Assembly (NCBI GenBank): GCA_002402455.1 | Contig: DHFX01000007.1 | Span: 1 to 33,078, forward strand | Direction: 5' to 3' | DNA: 33,078 nt | From: Candidatus Dojkabacteria bacterium UBA4813 | Lineage (GTDB): Bacteria; Patescibacteriota; Dojkabacteria; SC72 | Shown: positions 9,643-19,252 of the stretch, in pieces | Position numbering within the stretch: the stretch's first letter is position 1 | Layout: each line of letters begins with the position of its first letter | Program-made: the position numbers and the translations under genes | The notes under the pieces: generated by a model | What the model was told of the DNA's origin: nothing | Seen by the model: the letters and a program-made list of their open reading frames with translations, nothing else | The model's database searches: none

Positions 9643-11587
9643 CAATATTCTTTTACTTTTTACCACAGTTTCGCTATTTTCACTCGTTTTAAGTGTTTTT
9701 AGATTAACTACTACTTCCCAAGTAATGGCTGAAACTACGACCTCAAATTTCAACACTAATGTTGACTTTGAACACACTATTACAGAAAAAACAATAGAAA
9801 CCGAAGTTATCATGGAAATCACCAGCTCCTCCCCGAGAGTAATATCCTACTACACAGCTATTATCCCAATAGAAAGATTGCGAGTTACCTGTAATAAATT
9901 CAAAACAGGCGAAGAGCTTGAATGTACGACATTTAACAGAGGTTCCAATACAGAGGTTTTAATAAATCTAAACAATGGGGTTGTCAGACCAGACTCTCCA
10001 CTTGAAGTTTTAATAAAATACTCAATACCAAGAGAAGAAGAACCTTCTTTCAACATTTCTTCTACAATATTTAACACCACAACAAGATCAATTGTAATTA
10101 AATACCCAAAAGATATGGGGGAACCACTCTGGTCTTCGGATCCCATACAGAATATTAAAGCAGTTGAGGACAAATATGTTGTTTTAATAGAACAACCACA
10201 AAACCCTAAGCTTTCAATAGTGTTTGGAGAAAAACTACTTTATAAATTTGACATAAACAAAGTCTTTTCAAATACCCTTAAAGATGACAATCAAACATTT
10301 GAAATATACCTACCTTCCGATACTCCCACACAAACCATTATCTGGGAAGATGTCTCCCCTACTCCTACCTCTTCTCTAAAAGATGAAGACGGCAATTATA
10401 TCTTCAAGTACATTGTAAAACCTAAAGAAACCGTAAATTGTAAAATATCCGGATACATTCTTAAAACAGAGAATTTAGAAACTACAGAAGAAGTAAGTTC
10501 ATTTCTAACACAGAAAACCGGTTACTGGTCAATCACAAATAACACTGAATTTAGAAGGATTAACACTTTCTTGGAGAAAAAAGGTCTGACAATTCCTCCC
10601 ACTTTTGACGATGTAAAATCCTTAGAAGATGCAGAGAAAGAGCTTTTTTACAAATATATTTATCAATATGTAATAGAAAGATTAAATTACAATAAAGAAA
10701 TACCTCTTGGGATAGAATCCAGCTCCAGAATAGGCGCTCAGACACTTACGGAGGCACCTAATAATGCAAGTAACATAGATTATTCCGACTTCTATATTGC
10801 CCTCCTTAGAAATTACAATGTTCCAAGTAGACTTGTGGTAGGGTACATCTCAAATATAACAGGATACACTTCAGACGGATTTTACCATCACTGGGTTGAA
10901 TATTTAGATACAAACCAAAACAGATGGGTAACAGCAGATCCGTTCCTAGAGGAATACTTTGACAAAAACCTTTACGGTAGTCCTTTTCTTGACCATATAA
11001 CAATAATAAGGAGAGGTAAATCTGCAGTAGCACCTAAAATATCCTTTTTTCAGGACACCGACTTTATTGTTAAAGCAGAAACTACAAAAGATATTCAACC
11101 CCAATTTAGTATCGACGCACTCTTTACCATAGAAGACTTCAGTATAACTAAGCCATACGCCAAGGGATTGTTAAAATTAAAAAATGAAGGAAATATTGCC
11201 TTAAACAATATTGTCATCTCAAAATCGAACATAGAAAACCTTACAAAATACACAGACCCTATTAAAAATATGCAATCAGATATATTGCTACCAAACCAAG
11301 AGAATTTTCTACAGTTCAATATCCCACATGACAAAATTAGTTTTACTAATATCTTTGTTGAAACTACTCTTTCAAATTTAGATAGATATAAAACAGATGA
11401 AACTCTCGGAACAGAGGTTGAACAGGAAGTTCCCCTGCATATCTCAATTATTTCGAAATCTTTATCTATCTTAGTTTTCTGTGTACTTCTTTTTCTGTTA
11501 TACTTTTTAATAAAGTTAAAAAATAAAAAGACTTTTAAACAAGTGAAAAAATCTTTTGCTAAATTATTTAAAAAGAGGAAAAAGTGA
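9596..11587 (+). CDS. transglutaminase-like domain membrane protein (catalytic Cys apparently absent)
   Basis: Signal/TM N-terminus, DYSDFYIALLRNYNVPSRLVVGY...HHWVEY...WVTADP TGase core, C-terminal TM plus basic tail; start codon uncertain. Confidence 0.8.
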   Translation: MRNLTGYLKRTLSKYSNILLLFTTVSLFSLVLSVFRLTTTSQVMAETTTSNFNTNVDFEHTITEKTIETEVIMEITSSSPRVISYYTAIIPIERLRVTCNKFKTGEELECTTFNRGSNTEVLINLNNGVVRPDSPLEVLIKYSIPREEEPSFNISSTIFNTTTRSIVIKYPKDMGEPLWSSDPIQNIKAVEDKYVVLIEQPQNPKLSIVFGEKLLYKFDINKVFSNTLKDDNQTFEIYLPSDTPTQTIIWEDVSPTPTSSLKDEDGNYIFKYIVKPKETVNCKISGYILKTENLETTEEVSSFLTQKTGYWSITNNTEFRRINTFLEKKGLTIPPTFDDVKSLEDAEKELFYKYIYQYVIERLNYNKEIPLGIESSSRIGAQTLTEAPNNASNIDYSDFYIALLRNYNVPSRLVVGYISNITGYTSDGFYHHWVEYLDTNQNRWVTADPFLEEYFDKNLYGSPFLDHITIIRRGKSAVAPKISFFQDTDFIVKAETTKDIQPQFSIDALFTIEDFSITKPYAKGLLKLKNEGNIALNNIVISKSNIENLTKYTDPIKNMQSDILLPNQENFLQFNIPHDKISFTNIFVETTLSNLDRYKTDETLGTEVEQEVPLHISIISKSLSILVFCVLLFLLYFLIKLKNKKTFKQVKKSFAKLFKKRKK

Positions 11588-12003
11588 TGGACGATCCACT
11601 ATTTCTTTCGGTAATCATATTGGTTTTAATAGCCGTCCTTTTTGTATTATCTTCACTTAATACAAAAAAGATTGACCAAAAGAAAAGAGAAAAACTTTTT
11701 AAAGAACTCTACTCTTTTGAAAAATCTATTAATAGCGAGGAGTTGGCAGTAAGAAGAGATGCGATCATTAAACTGGATAACATACTTTCTAAGTCTCTTC
11801 AGTTATATTTTAGAAATGATTTACCATGTGGAGAAAATCTTAAAAATGCCGAGAGGATATTTAGAAAAAGAGAGTATAATCGTCTTTGGGATACACATAA
11901 AATGCGAAACAAGGTCGTTCATAATGATTACGCAATAAGTAAGGAAGAGGCAAGAAATGCTTTTTTAATATATAAGCTAAGTGTTAATAAGATACTTAAA
12001 TGA
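11584..12003 (+). CDS. hypothetical protein, N-terminal TM plus helical domain with HEPN-like RxxxxH motif
   Basis: TM followed by AII..D..L...L and W..HKMRNKVVH; overlaps both neighbours by 4 nt. Confidence 0.75.
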   Translation: MMDDPLFLSVIILVLIAVLFVLSSLNTKKIDQKKREKLFKELYSFEKSINSEELAVRRDAIIKLDNILSKSLQLYFRNDLPCGENLKNAERIFRKREYNRLWDTHKMRNKVVHNDYAISKEEARNAFLIYKLSVNKILK

Positions 12004-12572
12004 AGAAATCGCTCTATTTATTAACAATCTCTTTCACTGTTTTAATTGCGGTACTAATGTCGGATCATGTGTTAGCTGTAAATGATATAGAAACAGAAGA
12101 GAAATATTTTGACCTTACTCTCGAAAGAGGACCACAAACTCCCTTTGGACAATATGTACCATATACTCTTACTGTGACTCCTCACATAGTTTCTCCCAAA
12201 ACACAGATCCTTTGGAATATGCCCACAACTATTGAAGCACTTCCAAAGCACGATGAATTTGTATCCTTACAAAAAGATCAAACATATGTTTTTGAAGGAA
12301 GAATTAAACCATTAAGAGGAGGTGTTTATGATTTCTCGGTATCTGTAATATCTTGGCAACATGATACAAATTACGCTAATTCCGTAGGAGACAATGTAGT
12401 ATTTAGTGACAATTTAGTTCTTCAACCTGTTAGTTCTCATTACACTTGGATGAATGTTTTAAAATTTGGACTTATCTTTATCGGGTTTGCAGGTGTAATA
12501 ATTGTAGCCGTCATTGTAGTAAAAAAATATGCGAAGAAAGCAAAGAAATGGCTAACACCACCCAGTTGGTAA
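12000..12572 (+). CDS. hypothetical exported protein with C-terminal TM anchor (possibly Ig-like)
   Basis: Signal peptide (..HVLA), beta-rich core, C-terminal TM and basic tail ending WLTPPSW. Confidence 0.75.
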   Translation: MKKSLYLLTISFTVLIAVLMSDHVLAVNDIETEEKYFDLTLERGPQTPFGQYVPYTLTVTPHIVSPKTQILWNMPTTIEALPKHDEFVSLQKDQTYVFEGRIKPLRGGVYDFSVSVISWQHDTNYANSVGDNVVFSDNLVLQPVSSHYTWMNVLKFGLIFIGFAGVIIVAVIVVKKYAKKAKKWLTPPSW

Positions 12573-12597
12573 GCTTTGTAAAATACCGACAGAGAAA

Positions 12598-12801
12598 TTA
12601 ATCCTCAAGAAAGTAAGAAATATCTTTGTCTAATTCTTTAGCTATTTTTAAAAGGTTTCCTACCGGGGGATATACCGTACCTTTTTCATACATACTAATG
12701 GATTTATCTGAGAGTCCTACTCTCATCCCTAGGGTTTTTTGAGAATACCCCTTCTGCTCTCTTGCTTCTTTTAATCTTTGCGCAAATATTTTTGTGTTCA
12801 T
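12598..12801 (-). CDS. XRE/Cro-CI family helix-turn-helix regulator
   Basis: FAQRLKEAREQKGYSQKTLG...LSDKSISMYEKG...P....LLKIAKEL. Confidence 0.92.
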   Translation of the reverse strand: MNTKIFAQRLKEAREQKGYSQKTLGMRVGLSDKSISMYEKGTVYPPVGNLLKIAKELDKDISYFLED

Positions 12802-13355
12802 TATTCTCCCATTATTAAATAACGTAATCTGTCCCAGAAGTTTTCTTCTTTCTTTACTACTTCTTTCAATGGTGCTTTTGAAACGCTGTAATGGACACCG
12901 TCTTCTTCTAAAACAGCTCCATCTAGGTAGGGAGGCACTTCTTTTGTCCTTCTTAGCTCTTTTATTGTTGCATTCTTCTCTTTTAGTAAACTTTGAAGTT
13001 GTTTAAATTCCTCTTCATTATCTTTTATCTTAGATTCAAGCTTTAAAACTTTAGATTTTAATTTTGAATTAGTTTCTTCAAGTTCGGGATATTTTTGGGC
13101 TTTTTCTAAAATTTTTTTATGCTCTTCACTTTCCAGTAATCTCTTTGTTATGTCCTCTTTCTTTGCTAGGGTGTACTTGTAGTAAGCCATTTCTCTAGAA
13201 GAAGGTTCTCTTCCGAGAATCTGTTTGTATAGTTTCTTAACCAGAGGAGATTTTCCGAGAGGAGATTGTTTAAGAGATGAACCTAAAACCCCACCTTTAG
13301 TAAAGGAATCTGTGTCATCACCTTTGTCCCAGAGGGGTACATCAACGTTTTTCAT
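12801..13355 (-). CDS. hypothetical coiled-coil protein
   Basis: LYKQILGREPS motif then long heptad region; TAATG coupling with the XRE gene. Confidence 0.75.
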   Translation of the reverse strand: MKNVDVPLWDKGDDTDSFTKGGVLGSSLKQSPLGKSPLVKKLYKQILGREPSSREMAYYKYTLAKKEDITKRLLESEEHKKILEKAQKYPELEETNSKLKSKVLKLESKIKDNEEEFKQLQSLLKEKNATIKELRRTKEVPPYLDGAVLEEDGVHYSVSKAPLKEVVKKEENFWDRLRYLIMGE

Positions 13356-13410
13356 ACCTATGATTATATTACAAATTGTGGATAATTAGTAGTACAAACG
13401 GGGTTGCAAA

Positions 13411-13484
13411 AGCAGGAGACGGGACTCGAACCCGCAACCCTCTGTTTGGAAAACAGACATTCTAACCAATTGAACTACTCCTGC
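13411..13484 (-). tRNA. tRNA-Gly(TCC)
   Basis: GCAGGAG/CTCCTGC acceptor, discriminator U, anticodon stem TCTGT/ACAGA with loop TTTCCAA, GGTTCGAGTCC; no encoded CCA; overlaps the rplS 3' end by 10 nt. Confidence 0.93.
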
Positions 13485-13948
13485 GTTTCTTTCTCTTCAA
13501 CCTCTTCTCTTTGATCTTCCATCTCCTGTGGTAATTCTTCCTGTACATCTCCTGTTACCGGTATTTCCACTCCTACCTCTTTTTCATCTGTTAAATATAT
13601 ATTTGTTGTTTCTCCGGCTTTAAGTGCTCTCTTTCCAACCCTTTCTCTTAAGTAGTAAAGCTTAGACTTTCTTACAGAACCTCTCTTAACAACCTCTATC
13701 TTTTCTAACGCTGGTGCATGTAAAGGAACAATCTTTTCTACCCCTACTCCGTAGGAGATCTTTCTAACCACCAAGTTTCTACTTAAACCAACACCCTTGA
13801 TTGCAATAACAACACCTTCAAAGACCTGTGTTCTTTCCTTTTTCTCTTCCTTAATTTTTAAATGTAGTTTTACAGTATCTCCGACCCTAACATCCGGTCT
13901 TTTTTTGTAAAAACTCTCTTCAACTTTCTTGATTACATTGGTGTCCAT
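13475..13948 (-). CDS. rplS: 50S ribosomal protein L19 with acidic C-terminal extension
   Basis: [28 protein letters not shown]...[12 protein letters not shown]...[14 protein letters not shown]. Confidence 0.97.
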   Translation of the reverse strand: MDTNVIKKVEESFYKKRPDVRVGDTVKLHLKIKEEKKERTQVFEGVVIAIKGVGLSRNLVVRKISYGVGVEKIVPLHAPALEKIEVVKRGSVRKSKLYYLRERVGKRALKAGETTNIYLTDEKEVGVEIPVTGDVQEELPQEMEDQREEVEEKETQE

Positions 13949-14035
13949 AATAATTATCTTTAAATATTACTAATTTGCAGTTGAGATTATAGAATAAATT
14001 CTCAAAATATGCCACAATGTATACAACAACTGCCT

Positions 14036-15562
14036 ATGAATGCAAAACAGAAAGTTCTATTAATAATCTTAGATGGTGTAGGAGCAGCTCCAAAAGGTCC
14101 CGGTAACGCAGTAGTTTTAGCTAAGCCGGATAATCTTGCTAAACTTTGGTCAACATCTCCAAGAACATATCTTCTTGCCTCAGGAAAAGCGGTAGGGCTT
14201 CCTCCCAATGTTAAGGGAAACAGTGAGGTCGGACATCTGAATCTCGGAGCGGGTACTCCTGTTTTACAGAATTTGCCGAGGATAAACAAGGCTATAGAGA
14301 GTGGACTTATTTATAAGAATAACACCCTTAAAAATGCTTTTGCACACGCACAAAAATACAATAGTAATATTCATTTAATAGGACTGGTAAGTGACGGTTC
14401 GGTACATTCACATATTAACCACTTCAAGGCTTTGGTTGATTATTTTGCTAGATTAAATTTTCAAAACGAGCTATATATCCATGCCATTACGGACGGGAGA
14501 GATACTGCTCCTAATGCTTCACTAAAATATCTTGTTGAACTGGACAAATTCTGTCTAGAAAGAGGTCTTGGAAAGATAGCAACCATTATCGGGAGATATT
14601 TTGCAATGGACAGGAATAGAAAATGGGATAGAACACAGAGGGCTTATTACCTTTTTGAAAAAAACATGGGTGAAAAGTTTCCGACTTACCATACAGCCAT
14701 TAACTTCTCTTATGAGATGGGTATTACGGATGAATTTATAGAACCGGCTGTTATAAACCCGGGGAAGGTTGAACCCAATGATGTTGTCATAATGGTAAAT
14801 TTCAGGCCGGATAGGGCCATACAAATCACAGAGGCTTTTGTATCTCCTAACTTCATGGGTTTTGTTAGAGAACCGATAAGCAATCTTTATATTGCAACAA
14901 TGACGGATTACAGAAAAGATCTACTTGTAAATGTAATATTTCCCAAGCAATATATTGATCTACCCTTGGGCAAGATTGTAGATTCTATGGGACTGAGACA
15001 ACTGCGAATTTCAGAAACGGAAAAGTTCCCGCATGTAACATATTTCTTTAACGGAGGACAACCTCTTCCGTATTCTAAGGAAGATCGTATAGTAGTACCG
15101 TCTCCCAGAGTTCCTACCTACGACTTAAAACCGGAGATGAGTGCTTTAGAGATGACGGAGCTACTGAAAAAGAGACTAAATGGTATGCCCTATGACTTTG
15201 TTCTTCTAAACTTTGCCAATGCAGATATGGTCGGTCATACCGGAGATATCCAAGCAGCTATAAAAGCAGTTAAAACAATTGACTACTGTACAAAGGAATT
15301 AGTAAACCAGTTCACCTCCCTAGGGGGAGCTGTAATTGTTACTGCAGACCACGGTAATGCAGAAGAGATGCTTAATGAGGATAATTCTATGAATACGGAA
15401 CACTCCATAAATCCCGTTCCTTTTATACTTGCCGGAACAGATATCACACCAAGAATACTCCCCTACGGAGCACTCTGTGATGTAGCACCTACTGTTTTAC
15501 AACTAATGGGAATACAACAACCTTCTGATATGACCGGAAAGTCTTTAATAAAAATATATTAA
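14036..15562 (+). CDS. gpmI: 2,3-bisphosphoglycerate-independent phosphoglycerate mutase
   Basis: LLIILDG, GNSEVGHLNLGAG, TDGRDT, GRYFAMDR, ETEKFPHVTYFFNGG, NADMVGHTG, TADHGNAE; start ATG 14036 preferred over 14009. Confidence 0.96.
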   Translation: MNAKQKVLLIILDGVGAAPKGPGNAVVLAKPDNLAKLWSTSPRTYLLASGKAVGLPPNVKGNSEVGHLNLGAGTPVLQNLPRINKAIESGLIYKNNTLKNAFAHAQKYNSNIHLIGLVSDGSVHSHINHFKALVDYFARLNFQNELYIHAITDGRDTAPNASLKYLVELDKFCLERGLGKIATIIGRYFAMDRNRKWDRTQRAYYLFEKNMGEKFPTYHTAINFSYEMGITDEFIEPAVINPGKVEPNDVVIMVNFRPDRAIQITEAFVSPNFMGFVREPISNLYIATMTDYRKDLLVNVIFPKQYIDLPLGKIVDSMGLRQLRISETEKFPHVTYFFNGGQPLPYSKEDRIVVPSPRVPTYDLKPEMSALEMTELLKKRLNGMPYDFVLLNFANADMVGHTGDIQAAIKAVKTIDYCTKELVNQFTSLGGAVIVTADHGNAEEMLNEDNSMNTEHSINPVPFILAGTDITPRILPYGALCDVAPTVLQLMGIQQPSDMTGKSLIKIY

Positions 15563-15580
15563 AATTCCTCTTACTCTTCT

Positions 15581-16240
15581 TTACTTCTCTGGTTCTTTCT
15601 CTTTCTTTAGCTCATTCTTTTTTGAGTTTTTTATAACCTCTCTCATACCTCTCCAGATGTAAATAAGAATAGCAATAGATAACAGAGCTAAAACTATGCT
15701 CTCGTACTGATTAATATAACCCGCAATCACTGTCCAATTCTCTCCCATATAATAACCACCTAAACATAATGCTGTAGCATACAGTAAACTTCCGAGGATG
15801 GTATATATGGAAAATATCGGGAATTTCATTCTCGCAGCACCAGCAGGGAAAGATATAACTGATCTAATTAAAGGTATAAACCTACCGAAGAATACTATCT
15901 TGTTACCATGTTTTTCGAAGGCTTTGTATCCCTTTTCAAGATCATCTTGAGATATAAATAAGTACTTACCATACTTCTTTAAAAATTTTTCTACAAAATC
16001 ATCTCCCCACAAACCTATAAAATAGAAAGGCAAGCTTCCCAAATACGCACCTACACCAACGGTAATAATAACCAAAACAATATTCATAGACCCTCTGGAA
16101 GCAACAAATCCGGAGAAGGGTAATATTATTTCACTAGGAATAAGGGCAAGAAAACTTTCAAGAAATACACCAATAAAGACACCTAAATAACCGAGTGAGT
16201 CTATTGCCTGAACTAACCAGTCAACTAAGGAATTTATCAT
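15581..16240 (-). CDS. dedA: DedA family membrane protein
   Basis: LES..LIPSEIILPFSGF, F.KHG..IVFFGRFIPLIRSVISFPAGAARM. Confidence 0.93.
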   Translation of the reverse strand: MINSLVDWLVQAIDSLGYLGVFIGVFLESFLALIPSEIILPFSGFVASRGSMNIVLVIITVGVGAYLGSLPFYFIGLWGDDFVEKFLKKYGKYLFISQDDLEKGYKAFEKHGNKIVFFGRFIPLIRSVISFPAGAARMKFPIFSIYTILGSLLYATALCLGGYYMGENWTVIAGYINQYESIVLALLSIAILIYIWRGMREVIKNSKKNELKKEKEPEK

Positions 16241-16282
16241 ATTGCTAAAATCTAAACTAAATTACTCGGAAACTATACCATC

Positions 16283-16846
16283 TTACTGCTTGGATACCAA
16301 GTGCATGGTTATACTTTGTCCCTCCTTTACTCCATTTGTTTGAGCAAACCCTCCGTTTACTTCCAAAACATATCTGTATTCCTGGTCAGAAAGAATCTGA
16401 GGACAGTAGGAATCCGAACAGGGTTCGTTATTCTCTTTAATATCTACTATAAAACCCTTCTCATCTATAAATATAATATCCAAATTAATAAAGGTATCCT
16501 TCATCCAAAAGGGAATGTTTACATTTTCATCAAACACAAAAAGCATTCCGTCATAATCTCCTAAATACCTTCTGTTAGAAAGTCCCAATGTTCTAAGAGC
16601 CTCTGTATCTGCTACTTCTATATTAACTTTAATAACTTCCCCTTGTCCTATGGATATCTCTACATATTCATCTTCCTTAACTTCGTTAACTATAACATTT
16701 TCCTCTTGTTTAGGTTCTTTTTCTTCCTGTACAGGTTCTTTGTTATCTACTAGGGAGATATCTAAAAAGCCGAAGCTGTCTTGTAAATAAAAGATGGCTA
16801 TTGCTATAAAAGCAATATAGAGTAATAACTTTAGTTGGTTATTCAT
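16283..16846 (-). CDS. DUF192 domain protein
   Basis: EVADT...R..GLS.R...GMLFVF...FWMKDT...LDIIFID...YVLEVNGG. Confidence 0.92.
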   Translation of the reverse strand: MNNQLKLLLYIAFIAIAIFYLQDSFGFLDISLVDNKEPVQEEKEPKQEENVIVNEVKEDEYVEISIGQGEVIKVNIEVADTEALRTLGLSNRRYLGDYDGMLFVFDENVNIPFWMKDTFINLDIIFIDEKGFIVDIKENNEPCSDSYCPQILSDQEYRYVLEVNGGFAQTNGVKEGQSITMHLVSKQ

Positions 16847-16933
16847 TGTAGATTAATATAACACATTTCATTTGTATTTTCTCCCTCTTTAATATATACT
16901 CTCCTCTTGTAACTTCATGCCTAAAAATTAATC

Positions 16934-19150
16934 ATGCAAACGTTTAAACAGTACTTACACCCTCTATATAGGGATGTAGATAAGGTTGCAGATTTCAGTG
17001 ACTTAAAAGCCCTCTCTCCATTAGAAGAGGAAGAATACCCCAATCTTAAAAGAGTAGTACATATTAAAAGAGACTCCATTAAAAACCTCCTTAAAAGATT
17101 AGAACAACTACAAGAAGAATTAGAACACCAAATATACCTCATAGAAACAGAAAGCGATCTGGATGAAAGAGCCTCTGCTAAGAAAATATATAACCAGATA
17201 CTGGACAAAATCTTAGAAATTGTAGATAGAACCAACAACGAAATAATTGCACTAGATTCCCCTTACTTTGGTAAAATCCAATTTAAACCATACGACTCAA
17301 GAACAGACAATCCCCTTTCTCTTTACATAGGAAAATTTGCCTTAATAGATGAACAAACACATATCCCATTAATAACGGACTGGAGATCTCCCATTGCCAA
17401 TCTTTACTACCAAAACAGCGGACCTAAAAACAATGTTTCCTTCATAGCCCCTAGTGGAGAAAGAAGAGGAGATTTACTACAGAAAAGACAATTCCAAATA
17501 TCCCGAGGAAGAATACGAGGAATATATGATGCTAGATCCGGAAATGTTGCAGCAGACGAATTCCTACTTTCACAACTAAATGAAAGGTTAGGAAAGAAAC
17601 TTCAAGATATTGTATCTACCATCCAAGCACAACAGAACTCAATTATCCGAGACTATCTAAACAAGCCAATCCTCATACAAGGTGTCGCAGGAAGTGGTAA
17701 AACAACAATACTTCTACACAGATTAGCATACATATTCTACGCACATAAGGATCAGATTAGTTCGAATAACAGCCTAATTATTGCTCCTAACCAATTGTTC
17801 ATAGACTATGTCTCAGATGTTCTTCCTAATCTTGGTGTTAGTAAAGTAGATACGGAAACATATCTTTTCTGGGCTAAATCCGTCTTAGGCTGGAACGACA
17901 GATTTACAATCTCTAACAAGAAATCTGACTTAGATATTAAATCCTACAAAGGGTCTTTGGAATTTCTTAATGTTCTTGAAAGATACTTTGAAAAATTTGA
18001 AGAAGATCTTTTAGAGAATATCCCCTACTCCGGGAAAGATAGTATTGAAAATAGATACTTTGAACTTAAAAAGGAATTCCCCAATATAGATATGCTAGAG
18101 CGCCTAGATCTGGCTGTAGAATATACTTTTGCTAAAAAACAATTTAAACAAGCAACTACTGGTTTCTATGATGCTACAAACGACATAGATCTAAACCATA
18201 AAAAGAATATTTCTTCCTACTTTAGAAAAAAATGTAATATCTATTCTCTTTACAAAGATCTGTTTAAGACAGACTTGGTAAGTAGAGAGATCTCTAAGTA
18301 CAGTTTAGAAGGTCTTACACAAGACGGTGGTATTAGGAATTACAGAATGGAAGATTTAGCTCCCATGGTATATCTTCATCTTAAAATAAACGGAATTAAA
18401 CAGTATGAGAAAGATTATGTAATGGTAGATGAAGCTCAGGATATGAGTTTTGTACAGTTGGCTACTCTTGTTATGGTAGCTAAGAGCGGGAATATAACAA
18501 TAGCGGGAGACTTGGCACAGTCAATAATCGCACCTTTTTACATTAGAGATTGGGATGATGTTATTAACCTCATAAAAGATATTACAAACAAAGATACACA
18601 GTACTACCAACTGCAGAAGTGTTACAGAACAACCATAGAGATTGTAAATTTTGCAAACAAGGTATTTGAAGGCAGATTCCCTAAGTCCTACAAATTACCT
18701 GAGGCTGTTTTAAGGCACGGGGATGAAGTTGGGATACTGGAATATGACAGAGATATTAAAGATCTAAGTAAAGATAAAATAGAAGAGTTAATATCTTTAA
18801 TAAAAGACCAATTTAAGAAGGGTGCTGTTACCTGTGCTCTTCTTTGTAGAGATAGGGATCATGCGGATATTCTCTACCCCATATTTAAAGAGTATGAGGA
18901 TGTTATAGGCAGGCAGGTGGTTAGTTATAAGGAGTCTGACTATAAGGGTGGTTTACAGATTCTTCCTATAGAGAATGCTAAGGGTTTGGAATTTGACAGT
19001 GTTATTTTTGCAGATTTAAATAGTAATTATTACAGTACTGACGAATTAAGTATTAGGTTATTTTATGTAGGTATTACTAGGGCATTGCATAGGGTTTTTG
19101 TTGTTACTAAGAAAAAAGACAGTGTAACAGAACTGTTACTTAAATATTGA
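16934..19150 (+). CDS. helD: HelD-like SF1 helicase / RNA polymerase recycling ATPase
   Basis: SPYFGKI..., LYIG..., DWRSPIANLYY, L.DIVSTIQ.QQ..IIR, QGVAGSGKTTILLHRLAY, VDEAQD, GDLAQ, YRTT.EI, KGLEFD, YVGITRA. Confidence 0.85.
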   Translation: MQTFKQYLHPLYRDVDKVADFSDLKALSPLEEEEYPNLKRVVHIKRDSIKNLLKRLEQLQEELEHQIYLIETESDLDERASAKKIYNQILDKILEIVDRTNNEIIALDSPYFGKIQFKPYDSRTDNPLSLYIGKFALIDEQTHIPLITDWRSPIANLYYQNSGPKNNVSFIAPSGERRGDLLQKRQFQISRGRIRGIYDARSGNVAADEFLLSQLNERLGKKLQDIVSTIQAQQNSIIRDYLNKPILIQGVAGSGKTTILLHRLAYIFYAHKDQISSNNSLIIAPNQLFIDYVSDVLPNLGVSKVDTETYLFWAKSVLGWNDRFTISNKKSDLDIKSYKGSLEFLNVLERYFEKFEEDLLENIPYSGKDSIENRYFELKKEFPNIDMLERLDLAVEYTFAKKQFKQATTGFYDATNDIDLNHKKNISSYFRKKCNIYSLYKDLFKTDLVSREISKYSLEGLTQDGGIRNYRMEDLAPMVYLHLKINGIKQYEKDYVMVDEAQDMSFVQLATLVMVAKSGNITIAGDLAQSIIAPFYIRDWDDVINLIKDITNKDTQYYQLQKCYRTTIEIVNFANKVFEGRFPKSYKLPEAVLRHGDEVGILEYDRDIKDLSKDKIEELISLIKDQFKKGAVTCALLCRDRDHADILYPIFKEYEDVIGRQVVSYKESDYKGGLQILPIENAKGLEFDSVIFADLNSNYYSTDELSIRLFYVGITRALHRVFVVTKKKDSVTELLLKY

Positions 19151-19175
19151 CATCATTCTTAAAACGTTCTATATT
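19147..19175 (+). promoter_or_regulatory. sigma70 promoter for the giant surface protein
   Basis: TTGACA (19147-19152, overlapping the helD stop), 17 nt, TATATT (19170-19175). Confidence 0.6.
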
Positions 19176-19252
19176 TTGGTATGTAAACAATGGGGACTAC
19201 TATGCCCCTAGTAAGTTCTCATTAAAAAGAATAAATTATTAGTTATTTTTTA

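Noticed and set aside
12598-13484. Prophage or island at tRNA-Gly suggested by the XRE regulator
   Set aside because: No integrase, att duplication or phage genes in the window
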